In this document: piece after piece, positions 38,880-47,191 of the stretch
Position numbering within the stretch: the stretch's first letter is position 1
Layout: every line of letters begins with the position of its first letter
DNA from: a virus
Length of the DNA stretch: 64,000 nt
Direction: 5' to 3' (one strand)
IMG/VR virus record: IMGVR_UViG_3300036832_000775
Location: 1 to 64,000 of that record
Notes under the pieces: generated by a model
The model's input: the letters and a program-made list of their open reading frames with translations, nothing else
Database searches by the model: none
Told to the model about the DNA's origin: nothing
Made by a program: the position numbers and the translations under genes

Positions 38880-39298
38880 TCGCCCATCGCTCCAAAGTTC
38901 GTGCCTGGCGCGCCCTCTCTCGCGAGCTTAGGCGGCGCGAATGGCCCCTTCGAGATGTTCGAGTGCGAGTGCTCGCCGACCTGGAGAAACGTCGCGCGCA
39001 CCGAGCCGACGCCGCTCGTGAGGTTGAGCCGGAAATAGAGCGGGCACGTCATGATCTGGAAGGTGACGTTCGCGCCGCCGCTTTGCGCCGCCGCCGGCAG
39101 AAGCGAATTGTCCCAGAACATCGAGCCAACGGGGACGGGGTTTACGAGATCGTTGGGATCGTCATGCGAGTGGAAGAGCGAGAACTGGCCGCCGCCTGAA
39201 CAAACGATCGCGCCGCCGAGGACCGCGGTCGCATAGTTGTCCATGCGGACCAACGCCTGCGTCGCGCCTGGGGCCACGGTGGCAGTGATCGCGCGCAT
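38876..39298 (-). CDS. Beta-rich virion protein, paralog A
   Basis: HSHDDPNDLVNPVPVGSMFWD. Confidence 0.7.
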   Translation of the reverse strand: MRAITATVAPGATQALVRMDNYATAVLGGAIVCSGGGQFSLFHSHDDPNDLVNPVPVGSMFWDNSLLPAAAQSGGANVTFQIMTCPLYFRLNLTSGVGSVRATFLQVGEHSHSNISKGPFAPPKLAREGAPGTNFGAMGE

Positions 39299-39299
39299 G

Positions 39300-39641
39300 T
39301 CATCCCTCGACGACGTTGTATTGCGTGACGACCATCTTGGCTGTGCCAGAGCCCGAGTTGAACAATAACCGCATCCAAAGCGGCGCGGTCGCCATCGAAA
39401 ACGTCAAGCCCGCCGTGCCGCCGATCGCCCCGGCAGGCACCAACCCGGTATCCCAGAACATGTTGCCGACGGGGACCGGGTTGATGAGGTCGTTGGGGTC
39501 ATCGAAGGAATGCTGGACGGTGAAATTCGCCGTCCCCTGTGTCGACACTTGAATGCCGACCGGCGCATCGGCCCACTCGTCCAGGCGAATCATATTCGAC
39601 GGGCCTGCGGCGGGGCCTGCGGAGACGGTGATCGGGCGCAT
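39300..39641 (-). CDS. Beta-rich virion protein, paralog B
   Basis: HSFDDPNDLINPVPVGNMFWD. Confidence 0.7.
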   Translation of the reverse strand: MRPITVSAGPAAGPSNMIRLDEWADAPVGIQVSTQGTANFTVQHSFDDPNDLINPVPVGNMFWDTGLVPAGAIGGTAGLTFSMATAPLWMRLLFNSGSGTAKMVVTQYNVVEG

Positions 39642-39652
39642 TCAACCCTCCT

Positions 39653-39681
39653 AAAAAATTCGCCGCCCGGAGGCGGCGATT
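39653..39681 (-). terminator. Rho-independent terminator after the capsid block
   Basis: minus strand tcgccgcc-tccg-ggcggcga followed by attttttag. Confidence 0.75.
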
Positions 39682-39755
39682 CGGACACAAGCGCCTCTAT
39701 GAAAGGCTGGGCATGCCGGTTCACAATCCAATGTGTTCGCTGACGCCTCTCCGAA

Positions 39756-40139
39756 TTATGGGACCTTTTCGCTTTCGGCCATGATCTTTCGCTGTTTCGG
39801 GCCGGAGCCCGCATCGTGGGTCTTGGGATGAAGGTCCGCGCCGACGCCGCCGCCGCTCGCTCGAGCTGCCCGCCCCATCGAGGGTTTCCTGCCTCCGCCG
39901 CTGATCGTCGAACCGCCATAGGCCCGCTTGAGCGAAGCCCCATCAGGAGCTGCGCCGCCGGTCGCCAGCTTCGCGATCTTGCCGCCCTTCGCGCGGAAGA
40001 TTCCCGAGCCGCGCGAGAGCGTGGCGTCCGGCTCGTTCTTGGGATGAGCGCCGCGCGCCTCGCGCTCGACGTTCTTGGCGGATTGCTTTTTGAGAGCGCC
40101 TCCTGACGCCCTGCCTTCGCGACTTGTTTCGCCTCGCAT
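39756..40139 (-). CDS. Small basic protein with five xAxGG motifs
   Basis: RASGG, RAKGG, LATGG, RAYGG, RASGG; AAGGAGG RBS. Confidence 0.7.
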   Translation of the reverse strand: MRGETSREGRASGGALKKQSAKNVEREARGAHPKNEPDATLSRGSGIFRAKGGKIAKLATGGAAPDGASLKRAYGGSTISGGGRKPSMGRAARASGGGVGADLHPKTHDAGSGPKQRKIMAESEKVP

Positions 40140-40150
40140 CGAAGCCTCCT

Positions 40151-41374
40151 TCAGACTGTCGGAACGCCGAACAGCGGGCCGGGATTGAGCATGCTGCCCG
40201 TGACCGCTGCAAGCGCCGAGATCGTCTGAGTGACGGAAACAATACTGGTGCCGTCAGGACCAGTGCCGGTGACGCCGGCATTCGGCCCCTTCGTCGACAT
40301 CTGGAACGCGCCCCGCGGGTCGCCCGTCGTTGTCGTCGCCGGGGCGGTCTGGTCGGCGTACTGGATGCCAACCAGCGTGCCCGTCTGAGCTGTAGCGCCG
40401 AGCATGATGGTCGGCGGAGGCGCGCTCGGCACAACCGAGATCGGGAAGCCCATCAGGTCCGACGTCACCACGGTGTAGGCGTGGGCGTCATTGAACTGCG
40501 GCGTCGCAGCGATGATGGTCGAGTAGGTCTTCTTGCCGTAAGCGGTCGTCGCGCCAGCGGTCGCAGTGATGATCTCGCTCTGCGGTTGATTGTAGATGTC
40601 GAGACCCTGGATAAGGACGGGGCCGCCGGTCCCGCCGGCGACGCCCGTCACCCCGACTCCGCGTGCGGTCGCGCACTCGGGGATGAGGAACCGGCCCATG
40701 CCGCCGGCCACGAAGTCCGAGACGCCGCTCGGCGCCGGATTGCCGTAGCCATACAGGCTGTAGCGATTGGTGATCCCAACCTCGGCATTAGCCTGGGCCG
40801 TCGAGGGCACAGCCGAGATCGTGATCTGGCCATTAGCCGGCGTGCCGAGGGCCAGGACCTGGGCGAACAGCGTCGCGCCTGCGAGGCCAGCTCCGCCGAT
40901 CGCGAGCCACATGCCCTTGGTGTAGCGCCAGATGTTCGCGGGCTTCGCCAGCGTGATGACGTTGCCACTCGTGACCGCCGCCGCCTTGTCGAGCGCGATA
41001 TCGAGCGCGACCGCATTGAAGACCGGGGTGCCGGCGAGCTGCGCCGCGGTGCCAGGCGCAACGCCAGGCGCGAAGGTCGAGGTGTTCGTCAGCGCGACGC
41101 CACTCGCCGCAGCCGCGCCGGTCGCCAACGTCACCCCACCGGGGACGGGGGCCGCGTAGATCGTCTGGATCGGCGTCTGCATGTAGATCGCCGGGACCGC
41201 GCCAGGATTGATGTTGTCCTTGTTCGCGCCCGCGACCATCGCCGGGATGCCGATCCCGCCGTAGAAGATCGAGGGACCGATCTGCTGAGCGTATTCGGTG
41301 GGCTGCATCCCCGCCGGAGCGCCGGTTAGACCTCCGAGAGCGACGATTGGCCCAGATGAAACAGAGCCTGCCAT
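40151..41374 (-). CDS. Virion structural protein (decoration-like)
   Basis: Ala/Thr/Gly-rich; GLDIYNQPQSE..GKK..GDPRG; directly after capsid gene. Confidence 0.75.
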   Translation of the reverse strand: MAGSVSSGPIVALGGLTGAPAGMQPTEYAQQIGPSIFYGGIGIPAMVAGANKDNINPGAVPAIYMQTPIQTIYAAPVPGGVTLATGAAAASGVALTNTSTFAPGVAPGTAAQLAGTPVFNAVALDIALDKAAAVTSGNVITLAKPANIWRYTKGMWLAIGGAGLAGATLFAQVLALGTPANGQITISAVPSTAQANAEVGITNRYSLYGYGNPAPSGVSDFVAGGMGRFLIPECATARGVGVTGVAGGTGGPVLIQGLDIYNQPQSEIITATAGATTAYGKKTYSTIIAATPQFNDAHAYTVVTSDLMGFPISVVPSAPPPTIMLGATAQTGTLVGIQYADQTAPATTTTGDPRGAFQMSTKGPNAGVTGTGPDGTSIVSVTQTISALAAVTGSMLNPGPLFGVPTV

Positions 41375-41389
41375 AGTGTCCTCGCCGCT

Positions 41390-42304
41390 CTACTGGGTCG
41401 GGAACGAGCCCCAGATAGATCTGAAGTCGAAGTACCCGAACGAATACCGCTCGTAACCCTTAACAAGCAAGTTGTCTGTCGTGAAATCTACCTGCATGTC
41501 GAGCTCGAATGCTACGCGCTGCAAGTATAGGAGCCCTTCTTGATCTGTCATCACGAACCAGGCCGTAGGTGATGTCAGGTAGTCATGCACCAGATGACCA
41601 TCAGGAATGCCACCTGACGTCTCAGGTATTGCGTTAATATCATTATCATTCGTGCCTGGCCTGAGCACTGTACGCAGAAGCCTGATCGCAATAGGCTCGA
41701 GAGCGATCGGAACGACTAGCTTGCGAGCTCGCGCCTGCATTCTCAGGCCGGCATTGTCGCGGAAGAGACCGCGGACCGAGGCCTGCGCATTGAGGAGCGA
41801 GGCCTCATTCAGATCCATATCGACGGGGAATCGATTGGGGACGACCCCAGTATCGATCGGATGGTTCAGAGAACATAGCGGTTGCTGATCCCCCAGGATG
41901 GTGGGATCGTAGACGGTCGCCATGTTTAGTGGGTACGCGCCATAGATCTCTTTAGTCTGATTGAAAGACTTCTGTAGTCCAAGGTTACTTGGTTGCCACT
42001 GTCTTTTATATAAATTATCGTCGATCATCTTTCGTGTGAAAGCATAACCGAGCCCGATCTCCTTGTGGTACTGATTATAGACGTAACGCTCGCCAGCTTG
42101 ATTGTCGAACGTAGTCGGGCCGCCCTCATTCTTCAGGGCGGCAAGGCCGAGGTACCGCATCGATGCTGTGCGCTCGACCGACATGAAGGATTTGTCGACC
42201 TTGTAGATCTTGGGATAGATCCGGTCGATGTCCTTGTACTGTCCCGCAACCTTACGGAGGCCGGGGAAGAGAAGGTCGTAAGCCTGGGCGACTGAGACGG
42301 CCAT
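41390..42304 (-). CDS. Major capsid protein
   Basis: L.PGL..K.EG..F..ITR..IDDNLY..GD.QPL..HP..DLNEASL..YLTSPTAWF..KGYERYSFG..R..WGS. Confidence 0.85.
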   Translation of the reverse strand: MAVSVAQAYDLLFPGLRKVAGQYKDIDRIYPKIYKVDKSFMSVERTASMRYLGLAALKNEGGPTTFDNQAGERYVYNQYHKEIGLGYAFTRKMIDDNLYKRQWQPSNLGLQKSFNQTKEIYGAYPLNMATVYDPTILGDQQPLCSLNHPIDTGVVPNRFPVDMDLNEASLLNAQASVRGLFRDNAGLRMQARARKLVVPIALEPIAIRLLRTVLRPGTNDNDINAIPETSGGIPDGHLVHDYLTSPTAWFVMTDQEGLLYLQRVAFELDMQVDFTTDNLLVKGYERYSFGYFDFRSIWGSFPTQ

Positions 42305-42317
42305 TGGTCAATCCTCC

Positions 42318-42923
42318 TCAGATGCCCGTCAAGGACTTGTAGTCCTGGTTGTTGAAGGTGACGTAGGCCCAGTTGTACGGGGTCGTCGCATCGGCCCCAG
42401 GAGCTCCCGGCGGGTCCCGAATGAGGTCGATGATGCGGAACGGGAACGTGGCCGTCACGGCCGGCACGTTGGTGACGACGTCGAGCGTCGCGCCCGATCG
42501 GCCGGTCACCTGATTGCCACCGCCCAGCGAGTACTGGCCGTTCATTCCGATCATGGCGAGCGTGAGCAAGCCATTGGCCTGAACTCTGAAGACGGTTAGC
42601 GGGTCGTCAATGATCTTCGCTTCGACGTCGAAGCCGGTGCCAGAGACGACGGCGTCGCTCCCTGGCCACCAGGGGACCGCGACCCGCTTCTTCTGGCTGA
42701 TCGACATGTACTCGCAGCCGCAGAAGATTCCGCCGATCTGCGCCGCGCCAGGCGTCGATGGCGCCTGCGAGATGTAGCCGGTCGAGAGCTGGATGACGGG
42801 GTCGCCCGTGTAGATGGGCGTCGGGTTCGATGCGCTGATCCAGCGCTTCGACATTTGGTAGTTAACGGCTGCGCCGAGGCGGTGTGAGTCAGCGAAGCCA
42901 AAAGGCGCATTGGGGTTCGGCAT
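42318..42923 (-). CDS. Capsid cement/decoration protein
   Basis: MPNPNAPFGF..IYTGDPV..G.F.GC.Y..DDP..FRVQA; immediately upstream of capsid gene. Confidence 0.7.
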   Translation of the reverse strand: MPNPNAPFGFADSHRLGAAVNYQMSKRWISASNPTPIYTGDPVIQLSTGYISQAPSTPGAAQIGGIFCGCEYMSISQKKRVAVPWWPGSDAVVSGTGFDVEAKIIDDPLTVFRVQANGLLTLAMIGMNGQYSLGGGNQVTGRSGATLDVVTNVPAVTATFPFRIIDLIRDPPGAPGADATTPYNWAYVTFNNQDYKSLTGI

Positions 42924-42959
42924 GACGATCCCTTCCGCAATCGCGGGATTTCAGGGTTC

Positions 42960-43021
42960 GTCATCACCGAGCGCCGGACGATGACTCGGAGCTGTCAAGC
43001 GAGGGTACGAGCGCCGCACCC
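42960..43021 (-). promoter_or_regulatory. Twin-hairpin RNA leader with identical GGCGCUC loops
   Basis: gggtgc-ggcgctc-gtaccc and gtcatcgtcc-ggcgctc-ggtgatgac on the mRNA strand. Confidence 0.55.
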
Positions 43022-43033
43022 AAGCCTACGGTC

Positions 43034-43615
43034 TTAGTCGGGAATGCCTATGGGGCCGACCGTGGACCCCACCCGTGGATGCGTCTTTCGATTGGCGTCG
43101 CGAGGCGCCGTCCCGGGTGGCGCCTCAACAAGTTTCGCCTCACTGTTACGCACCTGATCGGTGGCCTTGATTTTCTCGCGCAATCTCCGCCGGTCTGTCA
43201 ACTCCTTTGGCCGCTCCATTAACATCAGACCTTCAATGATAATTGTTTCGTCTGAATATTCTGGAAACAGGAGCTCACGGTGCCGGCTCGCCGGGACCGG
43301 CGCCCAGCCGCTGCGGAGTAGCTGATTCGTGTAGTGGGGGAATTGCTTGTTGAAGACCGTGTGCGTCTTCCATTCATACGTCCAGCCAGGGGGGCTCTCG
43401 GCGTAGAAGCGATCGAGGTACAGATCACCATCCTCGCCCTCATCGAGCTCGCCGTACTGAGCTCGCAGCTCGGAGATCCTGAGTCGAGCTCGCTCCATAT
43501 GGTCGATGTAGCCAGGGCGCGCCTCGGCCTCGTCGCGGAAGCCTGGACGAGCTCCGTTCGCGCTCGCCCCCATGAATGAGCCCAGCTCCTCTGGGTTGTT
43601 TTGGAAATCGGTCAC
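43034..43615 (-). CDS. Head-module protein
   Basis: PPGWTYEWK..GWAPVPASRH..GLMLMERP; lies between scaffold and cement genes. Confidence 0.75.
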   Translation of the reverse strand: MTDFQNNPEELGSFMGASANGARPGFRDEAEARPGYIDHMERARLRISELRAQYGELDEGEDGDLYLDRFYAESPPGWTYEWKTHTVFNKQFPHYTNQLLRSGWAPVPASRHRELLFPEYSDETIIIEGLMLMERPKELTDRRRLREKIKATDQVRNSEAKLVEAPPGTAPRDANRKTHPRVGSTVGPIGIPD

Positions 43616-44673
43616 GATCGCGCTCCCAACATCTTGCCGCGACCCTGCGCATCAAGCAGCTCGGCGGCGTATTCCTCATCAGTCATGCCCAGGACGTCGC
43701 GCGCATGCTCTCGCTGGCGAGGGGTGAGAGAGACTGGCGTCCCGCGGATCCGGCCCGTGCGCAGGCTCGGCGCTTCAGCTCGAGCTGGCGCGCCCATGCT
43801 GCGCGCTTGACCCATCTGGCGCTGGCCCTGGCGCGTCATTGGCGACATTTGCCCTCCCATGGCCTCTTCAAGCTTCTCTTCCAGCTTCTCGAAATAGGCG
43901 TCTGTTTCCGGAATCAGGCCCAGCGAGTTGGTGACGTAGTTGTGCGCGCCGTCGACCCGATTGATGCCGGCGCGGTCTTTGACCATTTCGGGGTGCGATC
44001 GGATCCAGGCGGCGCTTTTCGGGAAGCCAGTCCGATCGAGGTGACTCGAGAGCGTTTGGACGTTCCCCTGCATCTGCTGTGCAGGGTCGACGTATCCTGG
44101 TTGGCGCGGCTGCGGCTGCGGTTGCTGCCGTTGCTGCTGCGGTTGCTCGGTTGAGAGCCCCTCGCGCATCTCCATTAGCCGCAGCAAATTCGCGCGGCTG
44201 TCCGAAATCATGATTTGGGCTTCTGACGCGGCCTTGTGGTCGCCGCGATCGAGCGCTTGCTGGAAATAGACCCGCGCCTGTTCGGAATCGCGCTTCGCGC
44301 CCTCGATCGCCTGGTCGACCATCGAGACATTCGAGGTCGCGAGCCCGCGCTCGGCCTGGATGCGCGCCTGGTGCTCGGCTTGCGCCACCTGGGCGGCGCG
44401 CTGCGCTACGTTTTGCTGGTACGCGAGCTGCCGTTTCAGCTCGGAGACGCCATCGTCCTCCGGCGCAGGCTCCGGCGAGGCGCGCATCGGCAGCTCGCCC
44501 TCGCCGCCGGCCCCATTCGAGCGCAGATCCGGCTTTTTGTCGCCCTTGCGGACCGTCTCGCCGGCAATGACAGTTTTCGGCGGCAGCCGCTCCTCGGGCG
44601 GAATGTCGTCGTCTTCGATAAGCGAGCCGAAAGCGGTCTGCTGTTCGGGGTCTTCTACTTCTCGCACTGCCAT
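43612..44673 (-). CDS. Scaffolding protein
   Basis: acidic coiled coil; C-terminal VSLTPRQREHARDVLGMTDEEYA; start MAVREV. Confidence 0.75.
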   Translation of the reverse strand: MAVREVEDPEQQTAFGSLIEDDDIPPEERLPPKTVIAGETVRKGDKKPDLRSNGAGGEGELPMRASPEPAPEDDGVSELKRQLAYQQNVAQRAAQVAQAEHQARIQAERGLATSNVSMVDQAIEGAKRDSEQARVYFQQALDRGDHKAASEAQIMISDSRANLLRLMEMREGLSTEQPQQQRQQPQPQPRQPGYVDPAQQMQGNVQTLSSHLDRTGFPKSAAWIRSHPEMVKDRAGINRVDGAHNYVTNSLGLIPETDAYFEKLEEKLEEAMGGQMSPMTRQGQRQMGQARSMGAPARAEAPSLRTGRIRGTPVSLTPRQREHARDVLGMTDEEYAAELLDAQGRGKMLGARS

Positions 44674-45080
44674 CAGAACACCGCGTCCGGGTGGCCTAGC
44701 TTGCCCTTGATGTAGACGTCCGGAATCAGCCTGCACTCACGGTCACCGATCATGCACTTGAGACCGTCAGAAGCCCGGTAGACCACCCAGTCCCCAGGCG
44801 TGACGTCTTGTCCGTAAAACTTGACCGGGCCGTCATCGACGAAGGCCCGCAGCCCCTTCTTGAGGACCATGCCGACCTTGCCCTGGTAGCGGTCCTCATC
44901 GACCGCTTCGTCGGCGATCTGCAGACCGCTCGCCGTATGCGTCGCCGGCCGGATGTAGATCGCGACGAGCACTTGCTGGTTCATCGGCTCGACGATCTCG
45001 AGATCGGCGCCGACGGCGTTCCAGATGACGTCGCGAGGGTCCTCGACGTGTATGGTTCGGAGTCTATGATGCGCGGGCAA
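44673..45080 (-). CDS. GroES-like co-chaperonin
   Basis: EPMNQQVLV..TASGLQI..GMVLKKG..VTPGDWVVY..G. Confidence 0.8.
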   Translation of the reverse strand: MPAHHRLRTIHVEDPRDVIWNAVGADLEIVEPMNQQVLVAIYIRPATHTASGLQIADEAVDEDRYQGKVGMVLKKGLRAFVDDGPVKFYGQDVTPGDWVVYRASDGLKCMIGDRECRLIPDVYIKGKLGHPDAVF

Positions 45081-45288
45081 GGGGGCCTCTTCCTTGATCG
45101 TCTTCTGCAGCGTCGATTTCTTCCATCCACTCGAGAACGTGACCGAGGGCTTCGAGGTAACCGGCGCGTTTCTTGTAGTCGGGGAAATCGGTCGCAGCTC
45201 CCTGGATCAGGGGGCGCAGCATCGCTTGCTGTTTCGCCTCGATGATCTCGGTGAGCTTGCGGGCGAGGAAGATTGAGGTCGCGTCCAT
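45064..45288 (-). CDS. Small helical head-module protein
   Basis: GAATDFPDYKKRAGYLEAL; start MDATSI. Confidence 0.65.
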   Translation of the reverse strand: MDATSIFLARKLTEIIEAKQQAMLRPLIQGAATDFPDYKKRAGYLEALGHVLEWMEEIDAAEDDQGRGPLARAS

Positions 45289-45538
45289 CAGTCGGGCGCT
45301 CCAAGCGTCGACTTGATCCAGACGTCTGCAGCGTCGATTTGCTCTTTCCGATTGTCCTGCAGGCCGAGCGTGTTCACGAGGCCGCGCGCGCACACTACTC
45401 GGGCCTCGTCCTCGTCTTCGATATGCGAGAGGAAGAAGCGGCACGATGAGTTCTCGGTGACGATCACCGCGAATGCGGTGAAGTCCTTGCCGGAGTCCGC
45501 CTCTTCTGCAGCCTGGCGCAGCCGATCGCCGATCGCGC

Positions 45539-45769
45539 TCATTTCGTCAGGCCTTTGACGGCCCACATAACCGCCTCTTCGACGCGCGTCACAGCAAGAG
45601 AGGCCTCACGGCTCGCGGGCACATTGGCCTCGATGGCTCGAATAAGCCCGAGGCCCATGTCCTTGAGGTGCGTCATCCCGGCCTTCTCCGCGTCGGTCAG
45701 AACGCGGTACTGGTGGCGCATCGTATTGTTGACGGTGCGATCGTCGCTTGCGCTGTCGACATGCGTCAT
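45539..45769 (-). CDS. Acb2/Tad1-like helical-hairpin protein (putative cyclic-nucleotide sponge)
   Basis: YRVLTDAEKAGMTHLKDMG..SREASLAVTRVEEAVMWAVKGL. Confidence 0.65.
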   Translation of the reverse strand: MTHVDSASDDRTVNNTMRHQYRVLTDAEKAGMTHLKDMGLGLIRAIEANVPASREASLAVTRVEEAVMWAVKGLTK

Positions 45770-46899
45770 TCGGCCAGCTCAATCTTCCCGCTATTGTTGC
45801 GCTTGGCGTTCGCCATCCGGCCCTGGCCGGAGCCTGCACCAAACTTCTGACTGATGCGGCCGCCGCTCGCGCGACCTGGCATGCCTGGGGGCATCATGTG
45901 TGGGGGGAGTCCTGGCGGCATGCCGCCAGGCGGAGCGCCAGCTGGCCCCATCGGCGCGCCTGGCGGCGGCCCCATCGGAGGAGGACCTCCAGGTCCTGCG
46001 CCAGGAGGCCCAACGGGTGGCATCGGCGGCCGCGGCGGCGGCATCGGCGGCGGGACCGGCCCAGGAGCGGCCATAGGCGGCGGAGCCGGCGGTTGCTGTC
46101 CCTGCCCGTGCCCGACGATCACATTGACGACGGTCTTGCCCTTGCCCTTGCCCTTCGTCCGGCCGCCGCGCGCGCGGGGGACCCGGCCGCCGGCAGCCTG
46201 GCGCGGCGGCTCGGCGGCCTCATCAGAGCCAATGCCGCCCTGGCCTTTCGGCGCTCCGACAGATCTCCCGCCGAGACCGCCGGTAATGAAGTCGTAGTAT
46301 TCATGCTGACCAGGAATCGAAGTGTCTAACCACTCGGGCTTCTGTTCCGCGTAGACATCTTTCTGGCCGAGCACGTCTCTTTCTGGGCCGCCTCTCCAGC
46401 GCCCGATTCGGCCGCCTTTGGCGCGAATCAGCGGCCGATCGCCGTAGCTTTTCGGGCCGCCATCGGTGACCTTGGAAATATCGCGCGTCTTGCCACCATT
46501 GGCGCGCGCGACTCGACCGCCCTTGGCGCGGGTGGGAGGATAATTCTCGCCAGTGAACCGATCCTTGCCGGATGCGTCCTCGTTCGCCATGGTCCGGCCA
46601 GCTTGGGTGAACTCGTCTTTGGCAGTCGCCTGTCCGCCGAGCGAGCGCCCGATTCGGCCGCCGGCAGCTCGTGCGGCGCGCCCAAGCGACGGCGCCCTCG
46701 CGGCTCCGCCGGTAGCGAAGGCCGAGCAATCGCTCGTCTTGGCGGCTGCCCGCCCATAATCGTCAGCGGACGCGCCCTTGTCGCCGTTGCCGCCGTTGTT
46801 TTTGCCTGACGCCGCAAACTTTTGCAGTTTGTCGGTCGTAAAGGCCTTTTGAGAGTTCGCGCCCATGGCGGGGACCTTTCTGGGGTCCCAGCCTTTCAC
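45766..46899 (-). CDS. Basic, disordered protein with about ten xAxGG motifs and a Pro/Met-rich tail
   Basis: FATGG, RAAGG, RAKGG x2, RANGG, QAAGG, RARGG, RASGG; KGKTVVNVIV. Confidence 0.75.
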   Translation of the reverse strand: MKGWDPRKVPAMGANSQKAFTTDKLQKFAASGKNNGGNGDKGASADDYGRAAAKTSDCSAFATGGAARAPSLGRAARAAGGRIGRSLGGQATAKDEFTQAGRTMANEDASGKDRFTGENYPPTRAKGGRVARANGGKTRDISKVTDGGPKSYGDRPLIRAKGGRIGRWRGGPERDVLGQKDVYAEQKPEWLDTSIPGQHEYYDFITGGLGGRSVGAPKGQGGIGSDEAAEPPRQAAGGRVPRARGGRTKGKGKGKTVVNVIVGHGQGQQPPAPPPMAAPGPVPPPMPPPRPPMPPVGPPGAGPGGPPPMGPPPGAPMGPAGAPPGGMPPGLPPHMMPPGMPGRASGGRISQKFGAGSGQGRMANAKRNNSGKIELAE

Positions 46900-46920
46900 G
46901 CCGCGAGTTTATGGCGCCGT

Positions 46921-46970
46921 TTGCATTTCGTGGGAAGAGATCTATATTTGCAGTTCGTGCAAATAGGAGT
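46921..46970 (+). promoter_or_regulatory. Promoter overlapped by operator, plus RBS
   Basis: TTGCAT-16 nt-TATATT; TTGCAGTTCGTGCAA (46948-46962); AGGAG. Confidence 0.7.
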
Positions 46971-46972
46971 CG

Positions 46973-47191
46973 ATGATGGCACAACTTCCCCCGCCGGATC
47001 ATCCGGCCTGGCAGCAATGGGCGCGGACGAGCCCGGTCCTCGCCGGCATGCTTCAACGCGGCGACCCGCTCACGCGCGGCACCTGGCTGCGGCGCAGTTA
47101 TGTGTTCGATGAAGTTCCTGACCCCGTGCCCCCCGAGGTCGAACAGCAGATGCCGCCGCCCTTCCGGCAGCTAAATGAGGATCAGGGCTGA
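46973..47191 (+). CDS. Small counter-oriented protein, possible immunity partner
   Basis: own promoter and RBS; converges on the C-terminal domain of the 1343-aa gene. Confidence 0.65.
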   Translation: MMAQLPPPDHPAWQQWARTSPVLAGMLQRGDPLTRGTWLRRSYVFDEVPDPVPPEVEQQMPPPFRQLNEDQG

